Origin: Myxococcales bacterium | GTDB lineage: Bacteria; Myxococcota_A; UBA9042; JABWCM01; BTVJ01 | Assembly (NCBI GenBank): GCA_045863395.1 | Contig: BTVJ01000110.1 | Location: 1-21,733 of the forward strand | Length of the DNA stretch: 21,733 nucleotides | Direction: 5' to 3' | Part shown: piece by piece, positions 1 to 8,443 of the stretch | Layout of the letters: each line of letters begins with the position of its first letter | How positions within the stretch are numbered: position 1 is the stretch's first letter | The notes under the pieces: model-generated | The model's database searches: none | Told to the model about the DNA's origin: nothing | What the model saw: the letters and a program-made list of their open reading frames with translations, nothing else | Translations under genes and position numbers: made by a program

Positions 1-146
1 GACCCGAGGGCGCGCAGGGACCCGAGGGCGCGCAGGGACCCGAGGGCGCGCAGGGACCCGAGGGCGCGCAGGGGCCCGAGGGGCCCGAAGGCGCGCAGGG
101 ACCCGAGGGGCCCGAAGGCGCGCAGGGGCCCCAAGGCCCAGCGGGC
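1..146 (+). repeat. 18-bp/9-bp coding tandem repeat (GGACCCGAGGGCGCGCAG) encoding a collagen-like (GPE-GAQ)n tract
   Basis: Direct tandem copies with no spacers; translates as 16 uninterrupted Gly-X-Y triplets. Confidence 0.9.
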
Positions 147-830
147 ACGAGCTGCTGGGACCTCAACGAGAACGGCGTGGCCGACACCGACGAGGACACG
201 AACCAGGACGGCAAGGTCGACGTCTTCGACTGCCAGTACGTCCCACCGAAACAGCAGCCGGAGCCCGGCTCTCTGACGATCACCGTGCGCGACGCGAAGA
301 CCATGGCGCTCCTCTCCGGCGTGACGGTCACGCTCGAGGGCTCCCCCCTGACAGGCCAGACGAGCACCGCGGGAGTGCTCACCCTCAGCCCCCTCGACGC
401 AGGCCTCTACGGGGTCACTGTCACGGGCGCAGGCCTCGCCCTCTCTGGCTCCGCCATCGTGGCGTCGGGCACCGTCAGCGCGTCCGCGGCGGATGTCCCG
501 GTGCTCGCGGGCAAGGACTCGCCGCTCTCGCTCGGCCTGGACCGCATCCCCGCTACGCTGAACCTCAAGGCAATCAAGAAGGGCGGGTCCCCGACCTTCA
601 CGGCGGCCAACTGCGTGGCGTGCCACACGGACCGCAAGAACGAGACGTCACTGGATCCGGCCATCAAGCCCTTCCACGCCATCGGCGCCCACAGCGCGCT
701 GTCCTGCACGACCTGCCACACCAGCGTGGATCTGCAGGCCAACGTGGACCCAGTGCTGCGCGACCAGGTGGACTCAACGAAGACCTGCAAGATGTGCCAC
801 ACGAAGTACCCGAAGATTCTGCCGCTCTGA
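1..830 (+). CDS. 5'-truncated collagen-repeat, triheme cytochrome c protein (Gly-X-Y repeats, Ca-binding-like CWDLNENG..DxNxDG motif, beta-sandwich domain, 3 CXXCH)
   Basis: The frame is open from base 3 (PEGAQG repeats) into the listed 177..830 ORF. Heme-binding motifs CVACH, CTTCH and CKMCH lie at the C-terminus. The true start is outside the window. Confidence 0.85.
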   Translation, partial: PEGAQGPEGAQGPEGAQGPEGAQGPEGPEGAQGPEGPEGAQGPQGPAGTSCWDLNENGVADTDEDTNQDGKVDVFDCQYVPPKQQPEPGSLTITVRDAKTMALLSGVTVTLEGSPLTGQTSTAGVLTLSPLDAGLYGVTVTGAGLALSGSAIVASGTVSASAADVPVLAGKDSPLSLGLDRIPATLNLKAIKKGGSPTFTAANCVACHTDRKNETSLDPAIKPFHAIGAHSALSCTTCHTSVDLQANVDPVLRDQVDSTKTCKMCHTKYPKILPL

Positions 831-916
831 GGGCGAGGTGAGCGGCCATGAACAAGGAATCAGGAGCTCCGGCGCTCGCAAGGGCCACCGCGGGATCGAC
901 ACGAAGGAGTGAGGAC

Positions 917-3900
917 ATGACCCGAAGCCTGTCCCGAAGACTGTTCATCAAGTTGAGCGGCGCACTGGCCGGCGGCACTGCCGTCCTCGGCGGCGCCACC
1001 CTGTCCGCGGGCGTCAAGACCGGGCAGAACGACCCCGACGACCAGATCGGCGGGATCAAGGTGCTCCGCAGCGCGTGCATGATGTGCAACGCCGGCTGCG
1101 GAATCCAGGTGAAGGTGAGAGACGGCGTCGCCATCAAGGTGGACGGCAACCCATACTGCCCGCAGACCAGCGAGTATGCGTCGGCTGGCAAGGAGGTCGT
1201 GGAGTCCGACGTCGCCCCCACGGCGTTGGGCAGCCTCTGTGCTCGCGGCCAGGCGGGCCTGATGAGCCTCTACGACCCGATGCGCATCAAGTACCCGCTG
1301 AAGCGAGTAGGCGCTCGCGGTGCCGGAGAGTGGGAGGTGATCTCCTGGGACCAGGCCATCGCGGAGATCTGCTACGGCGGGAAGCTCCTGGAGGGGAGCT
1401 TCGAGGGCCTCGCGTCCATCCGCAATAGCGCTCCCATCGGCGCCGCCGAATCCGACTACATGGACGAGGCGCCCGCCACGGGATACGGCCCAAAGTCCAA
1501 CCAGCTCGTCGTGCTGTCCGGGCGCAACCAGAACGGCGCCATCACGGGCCGGTTCACCGCAGCTTTCGGCACCACCAACAACATCGATCACACCGCGATC
1601 TGCAACGCGTCCTACAAGACTGCCGGCTATCACACCTTCAGCCGGCCCAAGTCCAGCTCGGGGACCTACAACCTGAAGCCGATCATCGAGAACGCGGACT
1701 ACCTCTTGCTGTTTGGCACGAACCCGGTGGAGTCCAACGTCCCGAGCAATACGTTCGGGCGCCTGGTCGCCAGCTTCCTGAAGAAGGGCGGAAAGATCGT
1801 CACGGTCGACCCGCGGTTCTCCAACACGGCGGCCAAGTCTCACCGGTGGGTTCCCATCAAGCCAGGGTATGACGGCGCCTTCGCCCTCGGCGTAATGCGG
1901 TGGCTGATCGACAGCGGCATGCACGCGATCGACTACCTGAGCCGGACCAATGAGGACGCGGCGAAGAAGGACATCGGCGGCCTCAAGTACGTGAACTGGA
2001 CCAACTCCACGTTCCTGATCAGCAAGTCGACCCACAAGTTCATCGACTCGGCAGAGGCCGGAGTCCTCTCGACCGTGTTGGACGGACCGATCACCAAGAC
2101 GGATGCGACCGTGACCGTCACGGACGCGTCGGGCTTCCCCGCCAAGGGGACGATCAAGATCGGGACCGAGTACGTCGTCTACACGAGCCGGACAGACACG
2201 ACGTTCACCGGACTGACGCGCGGCTTCTATCGGACGACCGCGGCCGATGCGGCGAGCGGCGCCACCGTCTCGGTCCCCTTCGTCGTGGTCTCGGGCGGCT
2301 TCGCCCACCCCTACACTGCCGTCGACCAGGCCGACATCGAGTTTGACGGGACGGTCAATGGCATCTCGTGCGAGACCAGCTTCTCCGCCCTGAGCGCCTC
2401 GGTGTTCGAGCGGACGGTGGCCGAGTATGAGGCGCTCTGTGACATCCCGGCGGGGACCATCGCGACGGTGGCCGGCGAGTTCGCCACGGCGCAGAACCCC
2501 GTCGCCGACTGCTACCGGGGCTCGCAGTCTGGTACCAACGGGTACTACAACATCCGCGCGATCAACCTGCTCAACGTGATCATGGGCCGCGTCGACCGCG
2601 CGGGCGGGTACGCCGTCGGTCCGCGGTTCGCCGGGGCCGACCCGACCAGGCCCGTCACGACCAGCACGTCGGGGGTGCGCCTCGACCGCTACAAGGCGAA
2701 GTACGCCGGAGCGAAGTCCAAGCCCAGCCGGCAGTGGTTCCCGCTCGGGGAGTCGGGCGTCCACCCCGAGACGCTGGCGTCCATGAAGTTCGGCTACCCC
2801 TACAAGGTGAAGGCCATGATCACCTTCACCAACAACCCGGCTTTCACCGCCCCGTACCCCCAAGGTCAGATCGAGACGCTGAAAGACACCAAGGCCCTAC
2901 CGCTGCACATCGTCTCGACGGTGAACATGGACGAGACGGCCGCCTACGCGGACTACATCCTCCCAGACGGCACCTACTTCGAGAAGTGGGCAGAGCCCAT
3001 GACGGGCTACCCGACGGTCCACACCCGCTCTTCGACGATCCGAAGGCCTGTCGTCGGCAAGTTCGATCCCATCACGAAGCATTACATCCCGGCGCTGCCT
3101 GGGACCATGCTGTGGGACGACGTCCTCATCCGCATCGCCGTGGAGCTCGGTCTGCCCAACTTCGGTCTCAACGGTGCCGGCGCCGGGAAGGACATCTTCA
3201 CGGCGTGGCAGTACTACAACCTCTACTTCTCCGGCGGCGCCTACACGCAGGGGCTCGACGACAAAGCAGACTGCATGCGCATGGGCGGGCGGCGTGAGAA
3301 CCCCGCGGCGATCATCGATCCAGCCAATCCGGACCTCGCCCTCAACAAGTATGCCGACATGCTCGAGGTGTACTACGAGAAGGTCGGCACGACGAAGAAC
3401 GCGCTGACGGGGGCGTACTTCTCAGGAGTCCCAATCTTCGAGCAGCCCCACCTGGACCTGGAGGGGACCGCCATCCCGCCGACGGCCGGCTACGACCTGC
3501 AGCTCATCACGTTCAAGCGGGGCTGGCACACCCAGAGCCGGACCGCGTCCAATGTGTGGCTCAATGAGATCGAGCCGGAGAACGCCCTGTGGATCAACAC
3601 GGGGGACGCCCAGGCCCGCGGCATCGCCAACGGCGACCTGGTCAAGATCACGACGCCGTATCACACGGACGGTGAGACCGGGCACGCCTACGTGACCGAG
3701 GAGATCCGCCCGGGGGTGATCGGGGTCAGCGCCCACTTCGGGCGGCGTCAGGCGGGCTCCAAGCCCTACGTGGTCGACGGAGAGACGCAAGCCCACGACC
3801 CGTCCTTCGGGAAGGGGCTCAGCGCCAACCACCTGATGGCCCGTGACCCGAAGTTCCCCAACCTGTGCATGACGGACCGCGTCTCTGGCATGGCCGCGTT

Positions 3901-3934
3901 CATGTCCCCCTACGTGAAGGTCCAGAAGCAGTAG
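917..3934 (+). CDS. Tat-exported molybdopterin (bis-PGD) oxidoreductase catalytic subunit, tetrathionate reductase TtrA-like clade of the DMSO reductase family
   Basis: Tat motif SRRLFIK after the ATG at 917 (AGGAG/GAGG upstream; alternative ATG at 848). FS0 motif CMMCNAGC...CARG with the long TtrA-type spacer; RIKYPLKRVG; GPKSNQL; HTAIC (likely Cys Mo ligand); ETAAYADYILPD; C-terminal molybdopterin dinucleotide-binding domain. Confidence 0.88.
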   Translation: MTRSLSRRLFIKLSGALAGGTAVLGGATLSAGVKTGQNDPDDQIGGIKVLRSACMMCNAGCGIQVKVRDGVAIKVDGNPYCPQTSEYASAGKEVVESDVAPTALGSLCARGQAGLMSLYDPMRIKYPLKRVGARGAGEWEVISWDQAIAEICYGGKLLEGSFEGLASIRNSAPIGAAESDYMDEAPATGYGPKSNQLVVLSGRNQNGAITGRFTAAFGTTNNIDHTAICNASYKTAGYHTFSRPKSSSGTYNLKPIIENADYLLLFGTNPVESNVPSNTFGRLVASFLKKGGKIVTVDPRFSNTAAKSHRWVPIKPGYDGAFALGVMRWLIDSGMHAIDYLSRTNEDAAKKDIGGLKYVNWTNSTFLISKSTHKFIDSAEAGVLSTVLDGPITKTDATVTVTDASGFPAKGTIKIGTEYVVYTSRTDTTFTGLTRGFYRTTAADAASGATVSVPFVVVSGGFAHPYTAVDQADIEFDGTVNGISCETSFSALSASVFERTVAEYEALCDIPAGTIATVAGEFATAQNPVADCYRGSQSGTNGYYNIRAINLLNVIMGRVDRAGGYAVGPRFAGADPTRPVTTSTSGVRLDRYKAKYAGAKSKPSRQWFPLGESGVHPETLASMKFGYPYKVKAMITFTNNPAFTAPYPQGQIETLKDTKALPLHIVSTVNMDETAAYADYILPDGTYFEKWAEPMTGYPTVHTRSSTIRRPVVGKFDPITKHYIPALPGTMLWDDVLIRIAVELGLPNFGLNGAGAGKDIFTAWQYYNLYFSGGAYTQGLDDKADCMRMGGRRENPAAIIDPANPDLALNKYADMLEVYYEKVGTTKNALTGAYFSGVPIFEQPHLDLEGTAIPPTAGYDLQLITFKRGWHTQSRTASNVWLNEIEPENALWINTGDAQARGIANGDLVKITTPYHTDGETGHAYVTEEIRPGVIGVSAHFGRRQAGSKPYVVDGETQAHDPSFGKGLSANHLMARDPKFPNLCMTDRVSGMAAFMSPYVKVQKQ

Positions 3935-3952
3935 TCCACCGGAGGCAACGAG

Positions 3953-4495
3953 ATGGCCCAGCTATCCTTCAAGATCGACCTGACGCGGTGTGTGGGCTGC
4001 AGGGCCTGCGAGGTCGCCTGCAAGTCCGAGAACAACACGCCCGTCGGCGTCCGCTATCGCAAGGTCGTGGACGTGCTCACGGGCACCTTCCCCAACCTGA
4101 AGAAGCAGTTCGTCTCCATGGCCTGCTTCCACTGCAAGGACCCGGCCTGCGTCGCCGCGTGCCCGAGTGGCGCCGCCTTCAAGGAGTCCGCGTTCGGCAT
4201 CGTGCGCATCGACCAGGAGGTCTGCGTCGGCTGCAAGCGCTGCATCGCGGCGTGCCCCTATGGCGCCCCGCAGTTCAACGCGGCGACCGGCACCACCGAG
4301 AAGTGCACGATGTGCTACCACCGCATCGTGGACGAGACCGGCGTGGGGTTGGTCCCGGGGATGCTGCCCGCGTGCGTGACATCCTGCATCGGCCGCGCCC
4401 TGACACTGGAGTTCGACAACGGTGACGTGGGAGAAGCGCCGGCGAAGTTCGCCGACCCGACCCTGACCAAGCCGTCGGTGACCTTCACCACGTGA
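3953..4495 (+). CDS. Four-cluster 4Fe-4S electron-transfer subunit (TtrB/DmsB/NrfC-like)
   Basis: CVGCRACEVAC, CFHCKDPACVAACP, CVGCKRCIAACP and CTMC...PACVTSC motifs; GGAGG RBS at 3941-3945. Confidence 0.92.
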   Translation: MAQLSFKIDLTRCVGCRACEVACKSENNTPVGVRYRKVVDVLTGTFPNLKKQFVSMACFHCKDPACVAACPSGAAFKESAFGIVRIDQEVCVGCKRCIAACPYGAPQFNAATGTTEKCTMCYHRIVDETGVGLVPGMLPACVTSCIGRALTLEFDNGDVGEAPAKFADPTLTKPSVTFTT

Positions 4496-4502
4496 GGTCC
4501 TC

Positions 4503-5129
4503 ATGGCTCCCGACGCAGACCGCCTGGCCTTCGCGCGGGCGAGGAAGGACCTCTACTCCTTCCTCGCTCGGGCCTTCTGCTACCCTCCAGGGCAAGACTG
4601 GTTGGACCGTCTGGGCGCGCCGGAGATCCGGGAGTCCCTTGCGGCCATTCAGGGAGCCGAGGGTCCCGGCGCGCCCGCCCTCCCGGAGGTCCGCAGAGCC
4701 TTCTTCCAGCTCCTGAAGGTCCCGGGCGACCTGTACGTGCGCCCATACGAGTCGGTCTACTCCGACTCTGTCCGTGTGGCTGGGGAAGAGACTGGCGGCC
4801 TGCTGATGGGTGAGGCGGCGGTGGCCGTCCAGCGGGTCTACGAGGCTGCGGGCTACTCTCCGCCGGACCACCTCGAGCTCCCCGACTACCTGGGGCACGA
4901 GCTGGCGTTCGCCGGCTATCTCTGGTCTCTGGAGGAGGATGCCCTGACTGCCGCAAACATCGAGGCCGCCGATGCTCGCCGCGCCGAGACTCTGGCGTTC
5001 GTGGGCGCCCACCTGTCGAGGTATGTGCGGCGGCTGGTGGAGGTGGTTGGCGAGAAGGACCCGACAGGCGTGTACGCTTCCCTCGGCGCCATCGCCACCA
5101 CGCTGGTCGAGGAGGACGCCGCGCCGTGA
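4503..5129 (+). CDS. TorD/DmsD-family redox enzyme maturation chaperone
   Basis: PYESVY and ELPDYLGHELAF (E-x-x-D-H-like) motifs; follows the Mo-enzyme genes. Confidence 0.88.
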   Translation: MAPDADRLAFARARKDLYSFLARAFCYPPGQDWLDRLGAPEIRESLAAIQGAEGPGAPALPEVRRAFFQLLKVPGDLYVRPYESVYSDSVRVAGEETGGLLMGEAAVAVQRVYEAAGYSPPDHLELPDYLGHELAFAGYLWSLEEDALTAANIEAADARRAETLAFVGAHLSRYVRRLVEVVGEKDPTGVYASLGAIATTLVEEDAAP

Positions 5130-5671
5130 AGGAGCGTCCCCGGGAGAGTCGCCTCCGGGGCCTCGGCTGGCTCCTGGGCAGGGTCCCCATCGCCCTGCGG
5201 GAGGACCGCTGCACCCGCGCCATCAGCCCCATGTCCACCTGCACGCGGTGCGTAGGCGCCTGCACGCGGGGCGCCATCGAGCTCAAGCCGCAGCGGAGCA
5301 AGTCCGTGCCCGCCTTCATGCCGTCCTGCGACGAGTGCGGGGAGTGCGCCCGTGAGTGCCCCAACAGCGCGATCATACTGCCGGGCAAGTCTTCGACGTC
5401 CCGGCGCGACCTCCTGGCGGGGTGGCTCGTTCCACGAGCGCGGATTCGGCCGGCGCGCGCCGCATGGGTGCTCTCACGAGGGGGGTGCGACGGCTGCGGA
5501 GTCTGCGAGAAGCTCTGCCCGGTTGGCGCCCTCGACGGAGTCACCCGCGCGTCGTGGTCCGAAGTGGCGTCTTCGGCCTGCACCGGCTGCGGCCTCTGTG
5601 TCGACGTCTGCGTCTTGAAGGCCATCGCGGTCCGCGCCGAGGCCGATGAGTTCACTCAGACTGCTTCCTGA
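5126..5671 (+). CDS. Polyferredoxin / NapF-like 4Fe-4S protein
   Basis: Four CxxCxxCxxxC-type motifs; the GTG start overlaps the TorD stop (GTGA). Confidence 0.8.
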   Translation: MKERPRESRLRGLGWLLGRVPIALREDRCTRAISPMSTCTRCVGACTRGAIELKPQRSKSVPAFMPSCDECGECARECPNSAIILPGKSSTSRRDLLAGWLVPRARIRPARAAWVLSRGGCDGCGVCEKLCPVGALDGVTRASWSEVASSACTGCGLCVDVCVLKAIAVRAEADEFTQTAS

Positions 5672-7007
5672 GCTTCTCCCAAAGAGTCTTCCTGCTGATT
5701 CCGAGCGCGTCGGCCGCCTTGCTCCGATTGCCCTGCGCGTCCTCGAGAGCCCGCTCGATATACGCTCGCTCGAAGCGGGCCGTTGCGTCGCCAAGCGGGG
5801 CAGGATCGCCGTCCAGACCGGGGAGCGCCTCGCTGCTTCCCCCAGGGACTCCGTCGAGGCATATGTGCGCGGGCAGGATCTCGTCGCCGCCACACAGGGT
5901 CACGGCCCGCTCCATCACGTTCTGGAGCTCGCGGACATTCCCCGGGAACGGGTGCGACTCGAGGATCGCCTTCGCTGCCGGGCCCACGCGCGGCGCCGCC
6001 CTGCCTTGTCGCCGGGCGATGTGTGTAACGAAGTGGGCGGCGAGCGGACCGACGTCGTCCACGCGCTCCCGGAGAGGCGGGACGCGGACCGTGAACACGC
6101 CGAGACGGTAGTAGAGGTCCTTTCGGAATGTGCCCCGCTCGATCCGGTCGGGCAGATCGTCCTGGGCCGCAGCGATCACGCGAACGTCGACGGTGATGGG
6201 CTTGCTCGACCCCACGCGCTCGAACTGGCGGGTCTGGATGGCGCGCAGGAGCTTGGCCTGCCCTTCCAGGGACAGGGACGCGACCTCGTCGAGCAGGATC
6301 GTGCCGCCGTGGGCGGCCTCGAGCCGCCCCGCGCGACGCGCCACCGCTCCGGTGAAGGCACCTTTCTCGTGGCCGAACAGCTCCGACTCGAACAGGGAGT
6401 CGGGGATGGCAGCGCAGTTGACGCGGACGAACGGGCCCTCCGCGCGGCGGCTGAAGTGGTGGATTGCCTCGGCGACCACCTCCTTCCCCGCACCCGTCTC
6501 ACCGGTGATGAGAACATTGGCGTCCCCGGGCGCGATGCGGCGCACCGAGGAGAGGACGTCCTGCATTCCGCGCGAGCAGCAGACGACGTCGGCGAGCCGA
6601 AACCCGTGGGGATCCTCTGGAGACGGGTCGGCGCGGGCGCACAGGGGAGCCAGCTTCTCCTCGAGCTCGGCGAAGCGGAACGGCTTGACCAGGTAGTCGG
6701 TCGCGCCGAGTCGAAGCGCCGCGACCGCCGTGTCGACGCTCGCGAACGCGGTGATCAGGATCACGTGGCAGTCCGGGTGGAGCTGGCGCGCGGTCCGGAG
6801 GACCTCCAGGCCATCGGCGCCCGGCATGCGCACGTCCGTGATCACCAGGTCGTACCGTCTCTGGCGCAGCGCCGCCAGCGCCTGCTCGCCGTCCTCCACC
6901 GCCAGGACCTCGGCGCCGCCGCCGCGGAGAAACCCGGCCAGGGGCACCCGCAGCGTCTTCTCGTCCTCGGCGACCAGGATGCGCTTGCAGCGCGCGCACA
7001 GGCTCAT
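5652..7007 (-). CDS. Sigma-54-dependent response regulator (NtrC/AtoC family; REC-AAA+-Fis HTH)
   Basis: REC domain (EDE, DVRMP, KPF), Walker A GETGAGKE, GAFTGA, LLDEV, PGNVREL, HTH AADALGISRKTLWEKL. ATGA overlap with the kinase stop. Confidence 0.95.
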   Translation of the reverse strand: MSLCARCKRILVAEDEKTLRVPLAGFLRGGGAEVLAVEDGEQALAALRQRRYDLVITDVRMPGADGLEVLRTARQLHPDCHVILITAFASVDTAVAALRLGATDYLVKPFRFAELEEKLAPLCARADPSPEDPHGFRLADVVCCSRGMQDVLSSVRRIAPGDANVLITGETGAGKEVVAEAIHHFSRRAEGPFVRVNCAAIPDSLFESELFGHEKGAFTGAVARRAGRLEAAHGGTILLDEVASLSLEGQAKLLRAIQTRQFERVGSSKPITVDVRVIAAAQDDLPDRIERGTFRKDLYYRLGVFTVRVPPLRERVDDVGPLAAHFVTHIARRQGRAAPRVGPAAKAILESHPFPGNVRELQNVMERAVTLCGGDEILPAHICLDGVPGGSSEALPGLDGDPAPLGDATARFERAYIERALEDAQGNRSKAADALGISRKTLWEKLRKQSE

Positions 7008-8443
7008 GGGGAGACCTCGGCGTTCGGGTGGTCCACCGGAAGCCAGACGGCGAACACGGCACCGCCTCCGGGAGCGTCGTCAATGACGATCTCGCCTCCG
7101 TGGCGGCGGACGATGGCATCGCACAGAGCCAGCCCGAGGCCGGTGCCCTTCCCCTGGGCGCGCGTCGTGTAGAAAGGCTCGAAGACGCGGAGACGGTTCT
7201 CGAGGGAGACACCGGGACCGTGATCCCTCACCGCCACGACGACGCCGTCCCGCCCGAGCCTGGACTCGACGTGCACCGGCGACCCTGGGGCGGCGAGGCG
7301 CCCATTGGTGTACAGGTTCACGATCACGTCGGACAGCGCGTCAGGCTCGCCCTGGATGACCGGCAGGTCCATCCCCAGCTCCACGACGGGCTCCGGATCG
7401 CTGACCCGGTCCCAGGTGCGGCAGAAGGCCAGGGCATGCCGCACGACCTCGTTGACGTCGGTGGGTCGCGGCCCGGAGAGCCCCGTCCTGGCATACTCCG
7501 TAAGCCGTCGCATGACCTCCGCCAGGCGCCCCACGCCCTCCTCCGCGAGGTCGAGATACGCGCGTCGCTCTCCCTCCGGCGCCTCCCGCGCCATCTCGAG
7601 GCAGCTCTGGACGCCCGCCAGGGGGTTGTTCACCTGATGGGCGATCCCCGCCACCAGGGTCCCCATGGCCGCCAGCTTCTCGGCGCTCGCGGCGCGGCGG
7701 GACGCGCTGGCCGCGGCGGCCTGGTGGTGCTCCATGTCGCGCCGCATCTGGTCCATGGCGCGCGCGACCAGATCCATGTGGGGGTCTCCAGTGCTCGCGG
7801 GAACCCGAGCGTCGGCTTCCCCGGACCCGACTCGCTGGGCCGCCTGCACCAGGATCTCGGTGGGTCGGCCGAGGCGTCGCCCGAACGCCCAGGCGAGGAG
7901 AGCCGCTAACGCGGCGATCAGGGCCGTGGCGCCCGCCATGACGAGGTCTGCCTCCAGGAGCGGCTGCGTGAGCCAACGCTCGCCGACGCCCACGTGCACC
8001 GCCGCCCGCAGCGACGGGATGATCGGCACGGCCACGTCATAGGAGGTCTCGTCCGCGCCGCGGATCGCGGTGGTGAACGGGCCGCCAAGGGTGGGCGTGG
8101 TGCGGATCGCGTCCCGCACGGCGTGCGACAACGGCCCGGGGCCCGTGGCCAGGATCTCCCCGCCGTTGCCCACCACGGCGATCCACTGGACCCCCTCCTC
8201 GGTGGTCAGGGTGCGTGCCAGGGCGGGCTCGATGCGCCGGGTGTCTCCGGTCAGGATCGCGTCGGCGTGGGCGGTGGCGAAGCCCCGAGCCACGGTGCGG
8301 ATATGGGCGTGAGCGCTCCCGACGAGCCGCTCCACGAGCAGGGAGCGCGACCACAGCGCGAGCAACGAGCTGGCCAGAAGCACGATGCCGCCGGCGGCGA
8401 GGGCGAGCCGGACCCCGGCGGCGCGGGTGGTGGAGGCGCTCAC
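7004..8443 (-). CDS. Membrane sensor histidine kinase (2 TM, periplasmic domain, HAMP, HisKA, HATPase)
   Basis: H-box AGIAHQVNNPL, N-box, DHGPG, FEPFYTT, GTGLGL. The GTG start at 8443 overlaps the upstream gene stop (GTGA). Confidence 0.9.
   Translation of the reverse strand: MSASTTRAAGVRLALAAGGIVLLASSLLALWSRSLLVERLVGSAHAHIRTVARGFATAHADAILTGDTRRIEPALARTLTTEEGVQWIAVVGNGGEILATGPGPLSHAVRDAIRTTPTLGGPFTTAIRGADETSYDVAVPIIPSLRAAVHVGVGERWLTQPLLEADLVMAGATALIAALAALLAWAFGRRLGRPTEILVQAAQRVGSGEADARVPASTGDPHMDLVARAMDQMRRDMEHHQAAAASASRRAASAEKLAAMGTLVAGIAHQVNNPLAGVQSCLEMAREAPEGERRAYLDLAEEGVGRLAEVMRRLTEYARTGLSGPRPTDVNEVVRHALAFCRTWDRVSDPEPVVELGMDLPVIQGEPDALSDVIVNLYTNGRLAAPGSPVHVESRLGRDGVVVAVRDHGPGVSLENRLRVFEPFYTTRAQGKGTGLGLALCDAIVRRHGGEIVIDDAPGGGAVFAVWLPVDHPNAEVSP

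Noticed and set aside
1..146. Short direct repeats as a possible CRISPR array
   Set aside because: Repeats are contiguous with no unique spacers and encode an in-frame collagen tract.
177..179. GTG at 177 as the start of the cytochrome gene
   Set aside because: The frame is open to the window edge, so the real start is upstream.
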